From a virus, in the IMG/VR virus record IMGVR_UViG_3300023110_000024, positions 1-64,000 of that record: a stretch of 64,000 nt of DNA; one strand, given 5' to 3'. This document shows, piece after piece, positions 30,102 to 40,425 of the stretch (position 1 is the stretch's first letter; each line of letters starts with the position of its first letter). A program made the position numbers and the translations under genes. Under the pieces are notes generated by a model. It did no database searches. It was not told where the DNA came from and saw only the letters and a program-made list of their open reading frames with translations.

Positions 30102-30860
30102 TTATCCTATTAAGAAGCCGTACCCAGTTCCTCCTGCTGTTGCGTCTCCAACCTCTTTCTCAAGTTTTTCCATTTCTTGTTGTGCTTCAGCTTTGAGTGC
30201 ATCGCCATTTAGTGTACCACCTCCTTGTGGTCCTGCGATACTAGCAAACTTACTCCTCGCTTCGCCAATCATATATTTGGCTTGTGCAAGTGCGTAACTT
30301 TTGATCCAATAGCCGGATTGGTAGTCGTCTAGCAGTTGTTCTGTGGGACGATAGTTATAACATTTCAACAGTAGTGTTTCGTCGTCCGCCGATGGACGTT
30401 GTAATATAGTTAGCAGTTTTGTGGTCCGGTTCCAATTAAACTCGATAAATCCTCCAAACATTCTACCAGCTAGCTCTTGAAAGCCCGAGTATAATTCAAA
30501 TGTAGCTAAATTGCCTGAGGTTCCTTGCGTGTTCAACAAGTATGTATTTGTCTGTCCTACTTGGAATGGATCAAATCCGCCTGTAGAAGATCCTGAGCGT
30601 GAGGTTAGCCCTCTGCGAAATATGCGTTCTACTTCCATAATCTCTCGTGGAAGTGTGTAGTTGTTTTGATCTCGTATTAGTTGTAAAAAGAAATAAGATT
30701 CTTCAACACTATTATCAGAGCGTTGTCGATATCTATCTAATGCGTTATTTAAAGATATTTCGTAATGCGATGGGTCTAGTTCAACATCAACCATGCCACC
30801 GCCAAGCATATTATAAATGTAATCAAATATATCTTGTCTTGCTGCTCGTAGGTCCTTCAT
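30102..30860 (-). CDS. gp13: neck protein gp13-like
   Basis: LGGGMVDVEL, WIKSYALA..K..IGEARSKF, GGTLNGD. Confidence 0.85.
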   Translation of the reverse strand: MKDLRAARQDIFDYIYNMLGGGMVDVELDPSHYEISLNNALDRYRQRSDNSVEESYFFLQLIRDQNNYTLPREIMEVERIFRRGLTSRSGSSTGGFDPFQVGQTNTYLLNTQGTSGNLATFELYSGFQELAGRMFGGFIEFNWNRTTKLLTILQRPSADDETLLLKCYNYRPTEQLLDDYQSGYWIKSYALAQAKYMIGEARSKFASIAGPQGGGTLNGDALKAEAQQEMEKLEKEVGDATAGGTGYGFLIG

Positions 30861-30877
30861 AAATATTCTCCTACTTG

Positions 30878-30901
30878 TATTTATTTCTATAGCGATAAAT
30901 A
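30878..30901. promoter_or_regulatory. divergent late-type promoters
   Basis: AATAAATA on the minus strand (30878-30885) and GATAAATA on the plus strand (30894-30901) between divergent neck genes. Confidence 0.5.
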
Positions 30902-30926
30902 CAATAAATCTTTAAAAGGAATCGTT

Positions 30927-32102
30927 TTGCCCAGACTAAGTTTATACAAACCCGAACGTGGGAAAGATTATCAGTTTATTGACGATAGAATCTTTGAGAT
31001 GTTTACTGTTGGTGGGACTGATGTAAATTTACATTTACTGTTAGGAACAACTAATCCAACAGATGAGGATGCTACTGCTACAACACCTCAATATGATGAA
31101 ATGAGTGTAACAAATATTCAAGACTTATTATTTTTAGAAAATAGAGATAGAAAGTATGAAGAAAATATTTATACCATTCGTGGGATTTATAATTTACAAG
31201 ATTTAGAATTCAACTTATCCCAGTTTGGTATGTTCCTAAGTAACGACATGCTGTTTCTAACTATTCATATGAATAGTACAGTAAAAACATTGGGTAGAAA
31301 AATTGTTATAGGTGATGTTGTAGAACTTCCACATTTGCGAGATGAGTATGCGCTAAATGATTTTCAATATGCTCTTAAAAACTTTTATGTAGTTGAGGAT
31401 ATTACACGCCCAGCAGAAGGATATTCGCCAACTTGGTTTCCGCATTTATATAGACTAAAGCTGAAACAAATAGCAGCAGGGCAAGAATTTAAAGATATTG
31501 ATGCTGACTCTACTAGAGAAAAAGAACTTGCTATCAACGAAGCTATTGTACAAGATGCTGAAGCAAATGCATTACTGAGTGGTTATGAGACTCAACATTT
31601 CTTTACATTACAAGTTAATGCTAACGGAGAGCCTGAACTCGTTAGAGCTGATACAACGATGATTGATGCCAGTACACACAAATTAAGTGGATCTATTGAT
31701 CATGTTATGAGAAATCCAGTAAAAGAAGGATACATGGGTTACTTGTTAGGAGACGGAATCCCACCAAATGGATTGCCTTTTGGGTGTGGTATATCATTTC
31801 CACCTACAGGTATTGACGGTGATTATTGGTTACGAACAGATATGATTCCTAATAGACTGTTTAGATATGATGGAAAACGTTGGATGAAATTTGAGGATAA
31901 TGTGAGAATGACATTGACACCACGTGAAGATAGATATACACAAAAAGGTACATTTATCAATAACACAAATTCTACAGAAATTTGTGGCGAGGATATTCCA
32001 GAACGGCAAAGTTTGAGTAAGGCATTACGCCCTAAAATAGATATGCCACATTTAGATAACCCTGAGGAATGCGATAGTAATACACCAGGGAGGCGCAAAT
32101 AA
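30927..32102 (+). CDS. neck/head-closure protein gp14-like with C-terminal extension (TTG start)
   Basis: DLLFLENRDRKY, LSQFG, GDVVELPHL; divergent from gp13 and followed by gp15. Confidence 0.65.
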   Translation: MPRLSLYKPERGKDYQFIDDRIFEMFTVGGTDVNLHLLLGTTNPTDEDATATTPQYDEMSVTNIQDLLFLENRDRKYEENIYTIRGIYNLQDLEFNLSQFGMFLSNDMLFLTIHMNSTVKTLGRKIVIGDVVELPHLRDEYALNDFQYALKNFYVVEDITRPAEGYSPTWFPHLYRLKLKQIAAGQEFKDIDADSTREKELAINEAIVQDAEANALLSGYETQHFFTLQVNANGEPELVRADTTMIDASTHKLSGSIDHVMRNPVKEGYMGYLLGDGIPPNGLPFGCGISFPPTGIDGDYWLRTDMIPNRLFRYDGKRWMKFEDNVRMTLTPREDRYTQKGTFINNTNSTEICGEDIPERQSLSKALRPKIDMPHLDNPEECDSNTPGRRK

Positions 32103-33583
32103 TGCAATGGTTTTATGATGCACAGATACGGCGTTATATTTTACAACTAATAAGAATGTTGAGCTATCTTACATATAAAGATGGCGATGGAGAGCTTATA
32201 CAAGTTCCTGTAATGTATGGTGATCCATCAAGATCCGCTGCTTTTATAATCAAAGACGGTAGTGAAAATATGGCGCAGTCTGCCCCAAAGATTGCTTTGT
32301 ATATTACAAATTTAGAGATGGATCGTGAGAGATCATCAGATAGTACATTTGTTAGCAAAGTCCAAATTAGAGAGCGAGCTTTTGATAAAGATAATCAACA
32401 ATATTTGCACAAGGAAGGACGTAACTATACTGTAGAGCGTCTTATGCCTACGCCATATAAATTATCAGTCAATGCTGATATATGGACAACTAATACAGAT
32501 CAAAAGTTACAACTAATGGAACAGATTCTAATGCTGTTCAATCCAAGTTTAGAAATACAAACAACAGACAATTTTGTTGATTGGACATCACTTACTGTCG
32601 TAGAGCTAGACTCTATTACATTTAGTAGCCGATCAGTAGGTGGTGGTAGCACAGAAACAGAAATTGATATTGCTACATTAGGGTTTTCAACACCAATATT
32701 CATATCACCCCCAGCTAAAGTAAAACGATTAAATGTAATTCATAATATTATTACATCTATATTCAATGAGCAACACGGATCTGTTGAGCGTGGTGAGACT
32801 ATGCCTGAGATGTTAGCATATGCTTCTAACAGAGCATATTTGTCTGATACAAAAACTCGTCCAGTTATAAATGAGGATGGAACATTAGGTATGGCAAGTG
32901 AAGGTATGAGAGCATCGCGCCCAGAGCCAAATACAGTAGCTTGGTCCACTACATATAAAAATTATGATTTGTTAGTCCTAAATGATAAACTAACATTTAT
33001 TGATAACAGAGATGAAGGCATACTTCCTTGGCGAGATTATATTAAAGCACACCCTAAAGGTGATTGTTATGAGCCGCATCTAACACAAGTAAAATTATAT
33101 CGCAGTGATTTTGAATCTCCACTAGCAGGTTATGTTCATATCAATCCTGACAATGAATATGAGATGCTTGTAGATTGGGATATGGATACATTACCAAGCG
33201 ATACAGTTCTTACAGGACCGTTAGGCGACAATACTAAAATAGATTATATTATAGATCCATTCAAAGTAGATGTTACTAAATTGAATAGAGTTGGGATGCG
33301 GATTCTAATTCTAAATGAGGATATTGGCAATAAAGATAATGAAGATGGTCCGGATGCTTGGAAAAATTATGATGGATCAGATTTTGTTGCTAGTGCTAAT
33401 GACATTATTGAGTGGGACGGACAGCGATGGTGGATAGTATTTGATGCTGATTTACATTATAATGATCAGACTGTATATACTACAAATCTAAACACTGGCA
33501 TTCAATACAAATATGATGGAGCTGAATGGCTATTGAGCTATGAGGGAGAATACTCAAATGGAACTTGGGCACTAGTGTATTAA
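32102..33583 (+). CDS. gp15: tail terminator / sheath stabilizer gp15-like with C-terminal extension
   Basis: FYDAQIRRY, VPVMYG, MPTPY, QKLQLMEQILMLFNP. Confidence 0.8.
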   Translation: MQWFYDAQIRRYILQLIRMLSYLTYKDGDGELIQVPVMYGDPSRSAAFIIKDGSENMAQSAPKIALYITNLEMDRERSSDSTFVSKVQIRERAFDKDNQQYLHKEGRNYTVERLMPTPYKLSVNADIWTTNTDQKLQLMEQILMLFNPSLEIQTTDNFVDWTSLTVVELDSITFSSRSVGGGSTETEIDIATLGFSTPIFISPPAKVKRLNVIHNIITSIFNEQHGSVERGETMPEMLAYASNRAYLSDTKTRPVINEDGTLGMASEGMRASRPEPNTVAWSTTYKNYDLLVLNDKLTFIDNRDEGILPWRDYIKAHPKGDCYEPHLTQVKLYRSDFESPLAGYVHINPDNEYEMLVDWDMDTLPSDTVLTGPLGDNTKIDYIIDPFKVDVTKLNRVGMRILILNEDIGNKDNEDGPDAWKNYDGSDFVASANDIIEWDGQRWWIVFDADLHYNDQTVYTTNLNTGIQYKYDGAEWLLSYEGEYSNGTWALVY

Positions 33584-33596
33584 GATAACTATTTGT

Positions 33597-34028
33597 ATGA
33601 AAAAAGTTATCTGTAGCGGGGCATTATTTTATGCTCTATCATCTAATAGATTCTTATTTTTACATCGAGCTCGCAGTAAGCATTCTGATACATGGGGGCT
33701 TGTGGGAGGTGTAAATGAGGAAAAAGAAACTCCTTGGAATGCTCTTGAGCGAGAAATTGTAGAAGAAATATCACCTACTGAAATCAAAAAAACTATTCCT
33801 TTAGAAACTTATGTAAGTAATGATAACTTTTTTACTTTTCATACATATCTTTGTTTAGTTGAAAAAGAATTTATTCCTGTGCTAAATGAAGAACATGATG
33901 GATATGCTTGGGTAAGTTATAAGAAGTGGCCTCGACCATTACATCAAGGCCTAAAAAATACTCTAAATAATCGTATCAATCAAGTTAAATTAGATACTGT
34001 GATGAATCTAATCAATCTTATTAGTTGA
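33597..34028 (+). CDS. Nudix hydrolase
   Basis: Nudix box GGVNEEKETPWNALEREIVEEI; LNEEH, PLHQG. Confidence 0.9.
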   Translation: MKKVICSGALFYALSSNRFLFLHRARSKHSDTWGLVGGVNEEKETPWNALEREIVEEISPTEIKKTIPLETYVSNDNFFTFHTYLCLVEKEFIPVLNEEHDGYAWVSYKKWPRPLHQGLKNTLNNRINQVKLDTVMNLINLIS

Positions 34029-35088
34029 AGGTGTAAGTTACATCAGTACCAGATTCTTCTCTAACAATACGTGGATCTGGATTTCCTGTATCAACCATAT
34101 TTCCATTTTGTGTTAGTGTACCTAAAAAGTCAATACTTCCTGTTACATATAAATCATCTACAACATATGTCATACCACTAGCTGAGTCTAACTCTAGGTT
34201 TCCAGTAGTTGTGTCAATAGTATTGCCATCAACTATACCAATTTGAAGATTACCAAATGTAAAACCTGCCGCTGAACTACTACTCCAAGTATGCATTCCT
34301 GCTCCATCAGTGTGTAACAGTTGTCCAGAAGTTCCTTCCATAATATTAAAATCTGCTAGTGTTTGTGGTGGTGTTACAAATGATACTGTACCGCTGCCAT
34401 TAGTTGTTAGCACTTGTCCAGTAGTTCCGTCTGTAGTTGGGAATGTATAGTTACCATTAAAATTAACACTGCCCATAACTGTTACAGTACCGCCTACTGA
34501 ACTTACTGTTAAGTTTCCTGAGAGTGTGTTTATGTTATTTGTTGTGGTTGCAAGACTATATACATTTCCCCAGGTATTAGTTGTTGCTCCTAAACTGTAA
34601 ACAGCACTAATAATAGGTGCAATTGAGCCTGTAATATTTACATTTCCTGATGCAGTTATATTACCAGATGCAGAGTCGAGAATCAAAGTACCCGAAGTTG
34701 TGTCAATCTTTAGGTCGGAATCAACACCAATTCTAATATTACCAAAGGTTCGTGTTGGATCTGCAAAGGACACGGTGCCTGAGCCATCTGTTTTTAATAT
34801 CTGCCCAGCAGTTCCATCAGCTCCAGGAAGTTCATAGGAACTGTTGATTTTATATCCTGTTGTGATGAGATCGGCTGCTAATACAACATTCCCAGTAGCT
34901 CCTAATACTAAATCTCCTGAGGAGGTATCAATAGTGTTGTCAGTTGTTACGCCTACTTGAATATTATCTACAGTTTGTTCGCCTGTAGTTTCAGCAATAA
35001 CATTCCATACAGTGCCATTATATTCCCAAGTAGTTCCGCCTTCTGAATATTGTTGCCCACTTGAGGGCGATGCGGGAAAACTAATCAT
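34021..35088 (-). CDS. fibre protein with N-terminal FP...TWxYxGxxW motif
   Basis: G/T/S-rich; DGTxGQxLxTxGSG repeats; C-terminus RIVREESGTDVTYTFN. Confidence 0.75.
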   Translation of the reverse strand: MISFPASPSSGQQYSEGGTTWEYNGTVWNVIAETTGEQTVDNIQVGVTTDNTIDTSSGDLVLGATGNVVLAADLITTGYKINSSYELPGADGTAGQILKTDGSGTVSFADPTRTFGNIRIGVDSDLKIDTTSGTLILDSASGNITASGNVNITGSIAPIISAVYSLGATTNTWGNVYSLATTTNNINTLSGNLTVSSVGGTVTVMGSVNFNGNYTFPTTDGTTGQVLTTNGSGTVSFVTPPQTLADFNIMEGTSGQLLHTDGAGMHTWSSSSAAGFTFGNLQIGIVDGNTIDTTTGNLELDSASGMTYVVDDLYVTGSIDFLGTLTQNGNMVDTGNPDPRIVREESGTDVTYTFN

Positions 35089-35115
35089 AGTTTGCTCCTT
35101 CCTTTACAATATTTA

Positions 35116-35853
35116 TCAGTCTAGGATTTTATTTTTGAGGTGATGTTCTACTACTTCGTTAGGACAGTTGATGTATAAGGCTTCCATCTCATCTAGCCAA
35201 TTGAGTAAGTGTCTAATAGTAGGTGCTTTTCCTGCCTCAAATAATTCCTCAACAGTTTGAATATATTCTAAACAGTGCCGTCTTGCTACTAGTGGATGGA
35301 TTCCGCTCCATTCTAAACTCTCTTGGATTCCTCTAGGAATAGTTCCTGTGGCTTGGAATTCCTCAATAGCTCTCCTAAATGCTCCGCGGATTTTTTCACG
35401 CTTATCATTCTCACGAACCATCTCGGGTGGAATTTCATCTGGAAGATTAAAGTTTTTTCGTAGTGCATCAATTTGATCTTGATAGCTTTGTAATTCTTCC
35501 ATTGCGTTACGAATAGCAGTTCTAGAACTTTCAAGTCCTGCTTCAAGTTCCTCTGCTTTTAGTTGTGCCATAGGATCATTGATTTTCATACGATATTGTT
35601 CTATTCGTAATTCATTTTTCTTATGTCTAAACCAAGTTTCTCGTAAAGCGTTCAAACGGTTTTGTTGTTGCATGGCGCATTGTTGTAACCATACAAGAGG
35701 TGTTTGTCCTGAATATTGTAAATCAGCAATAGTTGTTTCTGCGTTTTTAGAAACAATAAGTTCATCAATTTGTTTTTGTACTATAGGCAGGGTTGCTTCA
35801 AGTTTTACAGCGATATCATTTGGTACTTGTCTAATATCAATTTCTGTTGTCAT
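35116..35853 (-). CDS. coiled-coil hypothetical protein in the fibre cluster
   Basis: All-helical, E/Q/R/K-rich, unlike its beta-rich neighbours. Confidence 0.7.
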   Translation of the reverse strand: MTTEIDIRQVPNDIAVKLEATLPIVQKQIDELIVSKNAETTIADLQYSGQTPLVWLQQCAMQQQNRLNALRETWFRHKKNELRIEQYRMKINDPMAQLKAEELEAGLESSRTAIRNAMEELQSYQDQIDALRKNFNLPDEIPPEMVRENDKREKIRGAFRRAIEEFQATGTIPRGIQESLEWSGIHPLVARRHCLEYIQTVEELFEAGKAPTIRHLLNWLDEMEALYINCPNEVVEHHLKNKILD

Positions 35854-35864
35854 AATCCTCTATA

Positions 35865-36896
35865 TTATATGCCAGAGCTCACAGCTCCTTCAGTTGAGTT
35901 GCTCGCTAGACTGTTACTTGTAGTTATTATTTCTATCATATCCTCGTGACGAATATGGTTTATTCTGCTTATAGCGTCACCGTCACCTATCAAATCATGT
36001 CCGCCAGCGCCCATAATAACATCGCCATTGGAGCAGGTTTGAACTTCCTTTGTGGCTGTTGCTAGTGTTATTGATAAAGTAAGAACATAATCGTCATATC
36101 TTAATTTTCTAATTTGATTCCAATTAGCACTATAATCTGGTTCTTCCCCGCCAACTAGCACAATACAATTTCCTCCAGATGCTCCGTTAACATCGTTTCG
36201 TGCTGTTAAATATGAATCCATAGAGGATACAAATATAGAAGTAGAGGATGATCCTGCCATACGATATTTTTCATATGATGCTGTGGCAGCTCCTGCTATA
36301 ATTCCATCTCTTGCTTCGTCACTCCAACCTTGGCAAACAAAAGCATCTTCTCCATTGCCTGCTACAGTATGATGCCATCGTGCTACTGTAAAACTTGGAT
36401 AAGTTGTTGCTGCTGCCGAGTCATCATTTCTTAGTCTGTCTGGAGCGTTTATTACGGTGAACATTCCCGATCCCGCATTTCTACCACCAAAGAAATATTG
36501 TTCTGTAGCGGTTCCAGTTCCCATCAGTCCAGTTCGTGCTGAGGTTAGATTATTATTTGTAATAGTTACTGATGCTTCTGATGAGATTTGAAACTTTTCT
36601 ACTGCTTGTCTGTATCCACCAGATCCTCTACCCTGTGCTACATATATATTTGTTCCATCAGATGTTGAGCAGTGATGTCTTCTATCTTCAACCATAGTAG
36701 TTGTTGATGTTGTAACTACCACACTATCATCAAATCTTATTTTTTGTAATGAATCTGTTTGAGAGCCTGGTATTGACGGACGCCCGCCATTGTATATAGC
36801 AACATCAGCACACCCGTGCCCGTCAATTATAACTGCATCAGCTAAATCAGATGTTGTAATATCAAAAAATCCATCGGCAAATATAATGGCTGCCAT
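35865..36896 (-). CDS. Kelch-like six-repeat beta-propeller protein (type B)
   Basis: GG...R(F/Y)DD-type repeats; likely start MAAIIF at 36896 (TAATG overlap, GGAGG RBS). Confidence 0.65.
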   Translation of the reverse strand: MAAIIFADGFFDITTSDLADAVIIDGHGCADVAIYNGGRPSIPGSQTDSLQKIRFDDSVVVTTSTTTMVEDRRHHCSTSDGTNIYVAQGRGSGGYRQAVEKFQISSEASVTITNNNLTSARTGLMGTGTATEQYFFGGRNAGSGMFTVINAPDRLRNDDSAAATTYPSFTVARWHHTVAGNGEDAFVCQGWSDEARDGIIAGAATASYEKYRMAGSSSTSIFVSSMDSYLTARNDVNGASGGNCIVLVGGEEPDYSANWNQIRKLRYDDYVLTLSITLATATKEVQTCSNGDVIMGAGGHDLIGDGDAISRINHIRHEDMIEIITTSNSLASNSTEGAVSSGI

Positions 36897-38104
36897 TAGC
36901 TTATTCCTCCACCACAAGCGGCTTGTTTTGCTTCTTGTAGTCTTGTAGAAAGTATTTGACAGGCGGCGCTATCATCAAATTTCATTTTTTGTATAACATC
37001 GTTTCCTATTCCGCTCTGAGAACCAGCAGAAGTCCAACCATTAGATACATACGCACTTCCGTCAGCATAATCTCCTGCGCTTACATGGCCGGCTGCTCTA
37101 GTAGAGGTTCTATATGTTAGAACTGTGGAAGTAGTTGGATCATCATATTTGAATTTCCAAAAGGACCATGTAGAATAACTCACAACATCGCCATTATATT
37201 CTAGCATAGTTCCATTAGTGATAGCATTATAATTGGCTGTTGTTACTGCAGCAGCATCATCCGCATATCTGTGTTTCTCTCCAGATATTCCAGTTATGGA
37301 ATTACTCATTCCTGGAACTCTACCACCTACTCTTAAGTAATCATATTCCTGTCCTACGGTGCTAGCTCTATAATATGTTTGTGACATTGGGTTTGCTGCA
37401 ACTGCAACAACATTAGGGTCATCCCATCGATATTTGTCTATATCAGTTTGATAGAGATATCCTCCACTGCCACCAATAAAATCAAATTTTTCCATTGCTA
37501 CATTATGAATATCAGTATAATTAGATACTAAATTTCCTGTTGCAGAGCTTTCGATGCCGCTGGTAGTCGTAGCACCATATCCAACTTTCCAATTGGTTCT
37601 ATTAAATGATCCAGACCAATTTGCGGTTCCGTTTGTACGAAAAGCAGCAACATCATAATTTCTTGTAACTGAGGCGGTAGTAGTAAATGCATTATCTTCA
37701 GCAGGAATAGTACCAACTTTATGAGCCAAATCATCGAATTTGACTTGATCTATATGATCAAGATAATTTGGGATTGGAGTTCCATCTTCATCAAAGCCCA
37801 AGGGTTCTCCTCTTCCTCCCATTACTATTATAGAAATATTTCTTGGATATAGCTGGTGGATATAAGGAAGATTGAGATATTTTAAGGCGCTTATATAAAC
37901 TAATTTATTTGTAGTTGGGCATTTTACTGCGTCTAATACTGCATTAACTGGTTTGCCTTGGGTAATGTCTTGTCCTGCAACTTGAACAGGTCCTCGATTC
38001 ATATATGTCGTAAAGTCAGACGAGTTTGCGATTCTTGATAATTGTATTGTTGTTGGGTAAGTTTCTTTTGATTTTACACTAAAAAATCTAAATGTCGTTG
38101 CCAT
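36896..38104 (-). CDS. Kelch-like beta-propeller protein (type A)
   Basis: Repeated GG...(K/R)(F/W/Y)DD units. Confidence 0.65.
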   Translation of the reverse strand: MATTFRFFSVKSKETYPTTIQLSRIANSSDFTTYMNRGPVQVAGQDITQGKPVNAVLDAVKCPTTNKLVYISALKYLNLPYIHQLYPRNISIIVMGGRGEPLGFDEDGTPIPNYLDHIDQVKFDDLAHKVGTIPAEDNAFTTTASVTRNYDVAAFRTNGTANWSGSFNRTNWKVGYGATTTSGIESSATGNLVSNYTDIHNVAMEKFDFIGGSGGYLYQTDIDKYRWDDPNVVAVAANPMSQTYYRASTVGQEYDYLRVGGRVPGMSNSITGISGEKHRYADDAAAVTTANYNAITNGTMLEYNGDVVSYSTWSFWKFKYDDPTTSTVLTYRTSTRAAGHVSAGDYADGSAYVSNGWTSAGSQSGIGNDVIQKMKFDDSAACQILSTRLQEAKQAACGGGIS

Positions 38105-38141
38105 TAGCTCTCTTTAAATATTATAGTGTATTTATGCAGAA

Positions 38142-38167
38142 ATGTCAAGCTCCAAAGAGCTTGACAT
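38142..38167 (-). terminator. perfect hairpin after a fibre gene
   Basis: ATGTCAAGCTC-CAAA-GAGCTTGACAT, 11-bp stem. Confidence 0.6.
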
Positions 38168-38177
38168 ATATGGATTA

Positions 38178-39869
38178 TTATAGAGGCTGGATCCAGTTTC
38201 CTACGCCTGTGCCGGAATCTACGACCCAAATATAAAGAATACCTGAGTTGCGATCCAACCACATCATGCCCTCATCTGGAGAGGCAGGTGCTGCGGTATC
38301 AACTGTACAAGCTCCGCCAACTTTTACGCCATCAACATACAAGTCGTTTCCTTGTACTGTCAATGGAATATTTACTGCTGGAGTTGCAGGATCAACCATG
38401 TGAATGGTTTGAGCATAAATGTTAGTCCAGCGAAGAGCTGCTCCGCCCAAGTCCCATGTCAAATCAGCGTTTGGGTTGATAGTATCGGCAGCTACACCAG
38501 CAAGTGAGCTTGCGCCAATTACACCAAGTGTTCCGCCAACTGTTGCGCCGTTTGTCACAGCCAATGTATCACCAGCAGTTACCGCACCAGTTACAGCCAA
38601 AGTTGAACTCAATGTTGCTGCGCCTGTTACATTCAATGCATCACTAAGTGTAGCCACTCCAGTTACGTCCAAAGTTGATGACATTGTAGCTGCGCCAGTT
38701 ACGCCCAAAGTTGAGCTTAGTGTAGTTGCTCCAGATACAGTGGTAGCTCCGTTGATACTAACGTTGCCACTATTTGAACTTAAAACCAAATCACCAGTAA
38801 TTGTGTCAATAGTTTGATCATCTGTTACAGCAATTTGGATATTACCAAAGTTAGTGCTTGGAACTGTCAAGTTGTTAACTGTAATGGAGTCAAAATAACC
38901 ATGGTTCCACATCGTCAATTCATGGCCCAAGTCGTATGTTTTGTCTGCTGATGGCATAACATGACCTGAAAAGTCAGCGCCACCAAATGCTACGTTGCCC
39001 AGTGTTCCTGAGAAAACTTCGCCTGTGTTAGTTGCGTCTGGCATAAAGGTAAATTTCTGAACTGAGCGATCAAAGCCAAAGAAACCAACCTTTGCTGCTG
39101 TGCCGTCGTGCCATTGGTACTCAATACCGCGATCCAATCCGTCGTTTGTAGTAGGAGCAGTGTCGCCACCCAGTGTCATAACGGGATCATCAAGTGTTAC
39201 AGTAGTTGAATTTACTGTAGTTGTAGTTCCATTTACAGTCAAGTCACCTGTAATAGTTACATTACCAAGTGTGCTTGTTCCACCAGTTGTGGAGCCTGTA
39301 ATCAAAATGTTACCAGCAATAGTTACATCACCGCCATCACCACTTGGGGAAGGATCAATAACAATAGCATTGGTTGCTGAACTAATAGTGTTGTTTGAGC
39401 CATCAATTGTCAAATCACCAAGAACTACTTTGCTACCATAAATGTTATTCCAAACATTAGAAGCAGTACCTAAATCGTATGTAGCAGTAGCCAATGGAGT
39501 AATAGTGTTTGAGGAAACAACGCCATTCAATGTAGTAGCGTCTGTAACAGCCAAAGAATTACCAAGTGCTGTAGCGCCAGTTACAGTGAATGTTCCACCA
39601 ACAGAAGCGTCAGTTGTAAATGTTGAAATACCTGTAACATCTAATGTGCCAGTTACAGCCAAGTTGTCATCAACTTGTGTATTACCAGTTGCAGAGTCTA
39701 AGATCAAGTCTAAAGTCTTAGTGTCAATCTCGTTGTCTGCTGTAATTGAGAGTTGAACATCACCGAAGGATGGTTGAACATTCCATACAGTACCGTCCCA
39801 TTCCCAAGTAGTCGCGCCGTAGGTATATAACTGTCCTACAGTAGTTGCGCTCGGAAAAGCAAAAGCCAT
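38178..39869 (-). CDS. fibre protein with N-terminal 'plug' and C-terminal 'socket' motifs
   Basis: MAFAFP...TWEWDGTVW; VTGAxTLSSTL beta repeats; DRGIEYQWHDG domain; APASPDEGMMWLDRNSGILYIW...WIQP. Confidence 0.8.
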   Translation of the reverse strand: MAFAFPSATTVGQLYTYGATTWEWDGTVWNVQPSFGDVQLSITADNEIDTKTLDLILDSATGNTQVDDNLAVTGTLDVTGISTFTTDASVGGTFTVTGATALGNSLAVTDATTLNGVVSSNTITPLATATYDLGTASNVWNNIYGSKVVLGDLTIDGSNNTISSATNAIVIDPSPSGDGGDVTIAGNILITGSTTGGTSTLGNVTITGDLTVNGTTTTVNSTTVTLDDPVMTLGGDTAPTTNDGLDRGIEYQWHDGTAAKVGFFGFDRSVQKFTFMPDATNTGEVFSGTLGNVAFGGADFSGHVMPSADKTYDLGHELTMWNHGYFDSITVNNLTVPSTNFGNIQIAVTDDQTIDTITGDLVLSSNSGNVSINGATTVSGATTLSSTLGVTGAATMSSTLDVTGVATLSDALNVTGAATLSSTLAVTGAVTAGDTLAVTNGATVGGTLGVIGASSLAGVAADTINPNADLTWDLGGAALRWTNIYAQTIHMVDPATPAVNIPLTVQGNDLYVDGVKVGGACTVDTAAPASPDEGMMWLDRNSGILYIWVVDSGTGVGNWIQPL

Positions 39870-39914
39870 ATCTTATCTCCTTTAAAAATCAGTAGCTTTA
39901 TATATTTAGCAATA

Positions 39915-40145
39915 TTACATTATTCTTGGTTGCACCCAAGTATCTTGTGTTCTAAAATACAGTTTGCCATTTTCTGTATTCAACCACCTATTCGCTTCAA
40001 TTACATCCTCAGGTTCAGTATCTTGAGCAAAAATAGTCTTTTTATTTTTTGTAACCCACTGTCCACCATTCCAAGCCCAAGTTCGTCCTTCGTGCTCAAA
40101 TAGTTCTCCTACAGTAGTTCCAGTGGGAAAAGCAAATGCTGCCAT
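39915..40145 (-). CDS. 76-aa adaptor-only protein (plug plus socket)
   Basis: AFAFP...RTWAWNGGQW followed by TEP...WLNTENGKLYF...WVQP; AGGAG RBS. Confidence 0.8.
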   Translation of the reverse strand: MAAFAFPTGTTVGELFEHEGRTWAWNGGQWVTKNKKTIFAQDTEPEDVIEANRWLNTENGKLYFRTQDTWVQPRIM

Positions 40146-40158
40146 TTAAGTCTCCTTA

Positions 40159-40404
40159 TTATGTTGGCTGATAGGCAGAGCCCATTTGTACCCATGCCCC
40201 TGAAGTGTCATAGAAATACATTCTGCCGTTTTCTGTGTTAAACCAATAGTTACCTGTTATTGGTGTTGGAGTTGTTGGGAGAGTATCTTGTACATACACT
40301 TCGTCACTGTATAATCGGTCCCAAGCAGTTCCATTATACTCCCAAGTGTTATCTCCTTCAGTATATAAGTTGCCTGCAGAGCCTGCAGGAAATGTAAGTG
40401 CCAT
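40159..40404 (-). CDS. 81-aa adaptor-only protein (plug plus socket)
   Basis: LTFP...NTWEYNGTAW followed by TLP...GNYWFNTENGRMYF...WVQ; TATAAATA and AGGAG upstream. Confidence 0.8.
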   Translation of the reverse strand: MALTFPAGSAGNLYTEGDNTWEYNGTAWDRLYSDEVYVQDTLPTTPTPITGNYWFNTENGRMYFYDTSGAWVQMGSAYQPT

Positions 40405-40425
40405 TCATATTCTCCTTTATAATAT

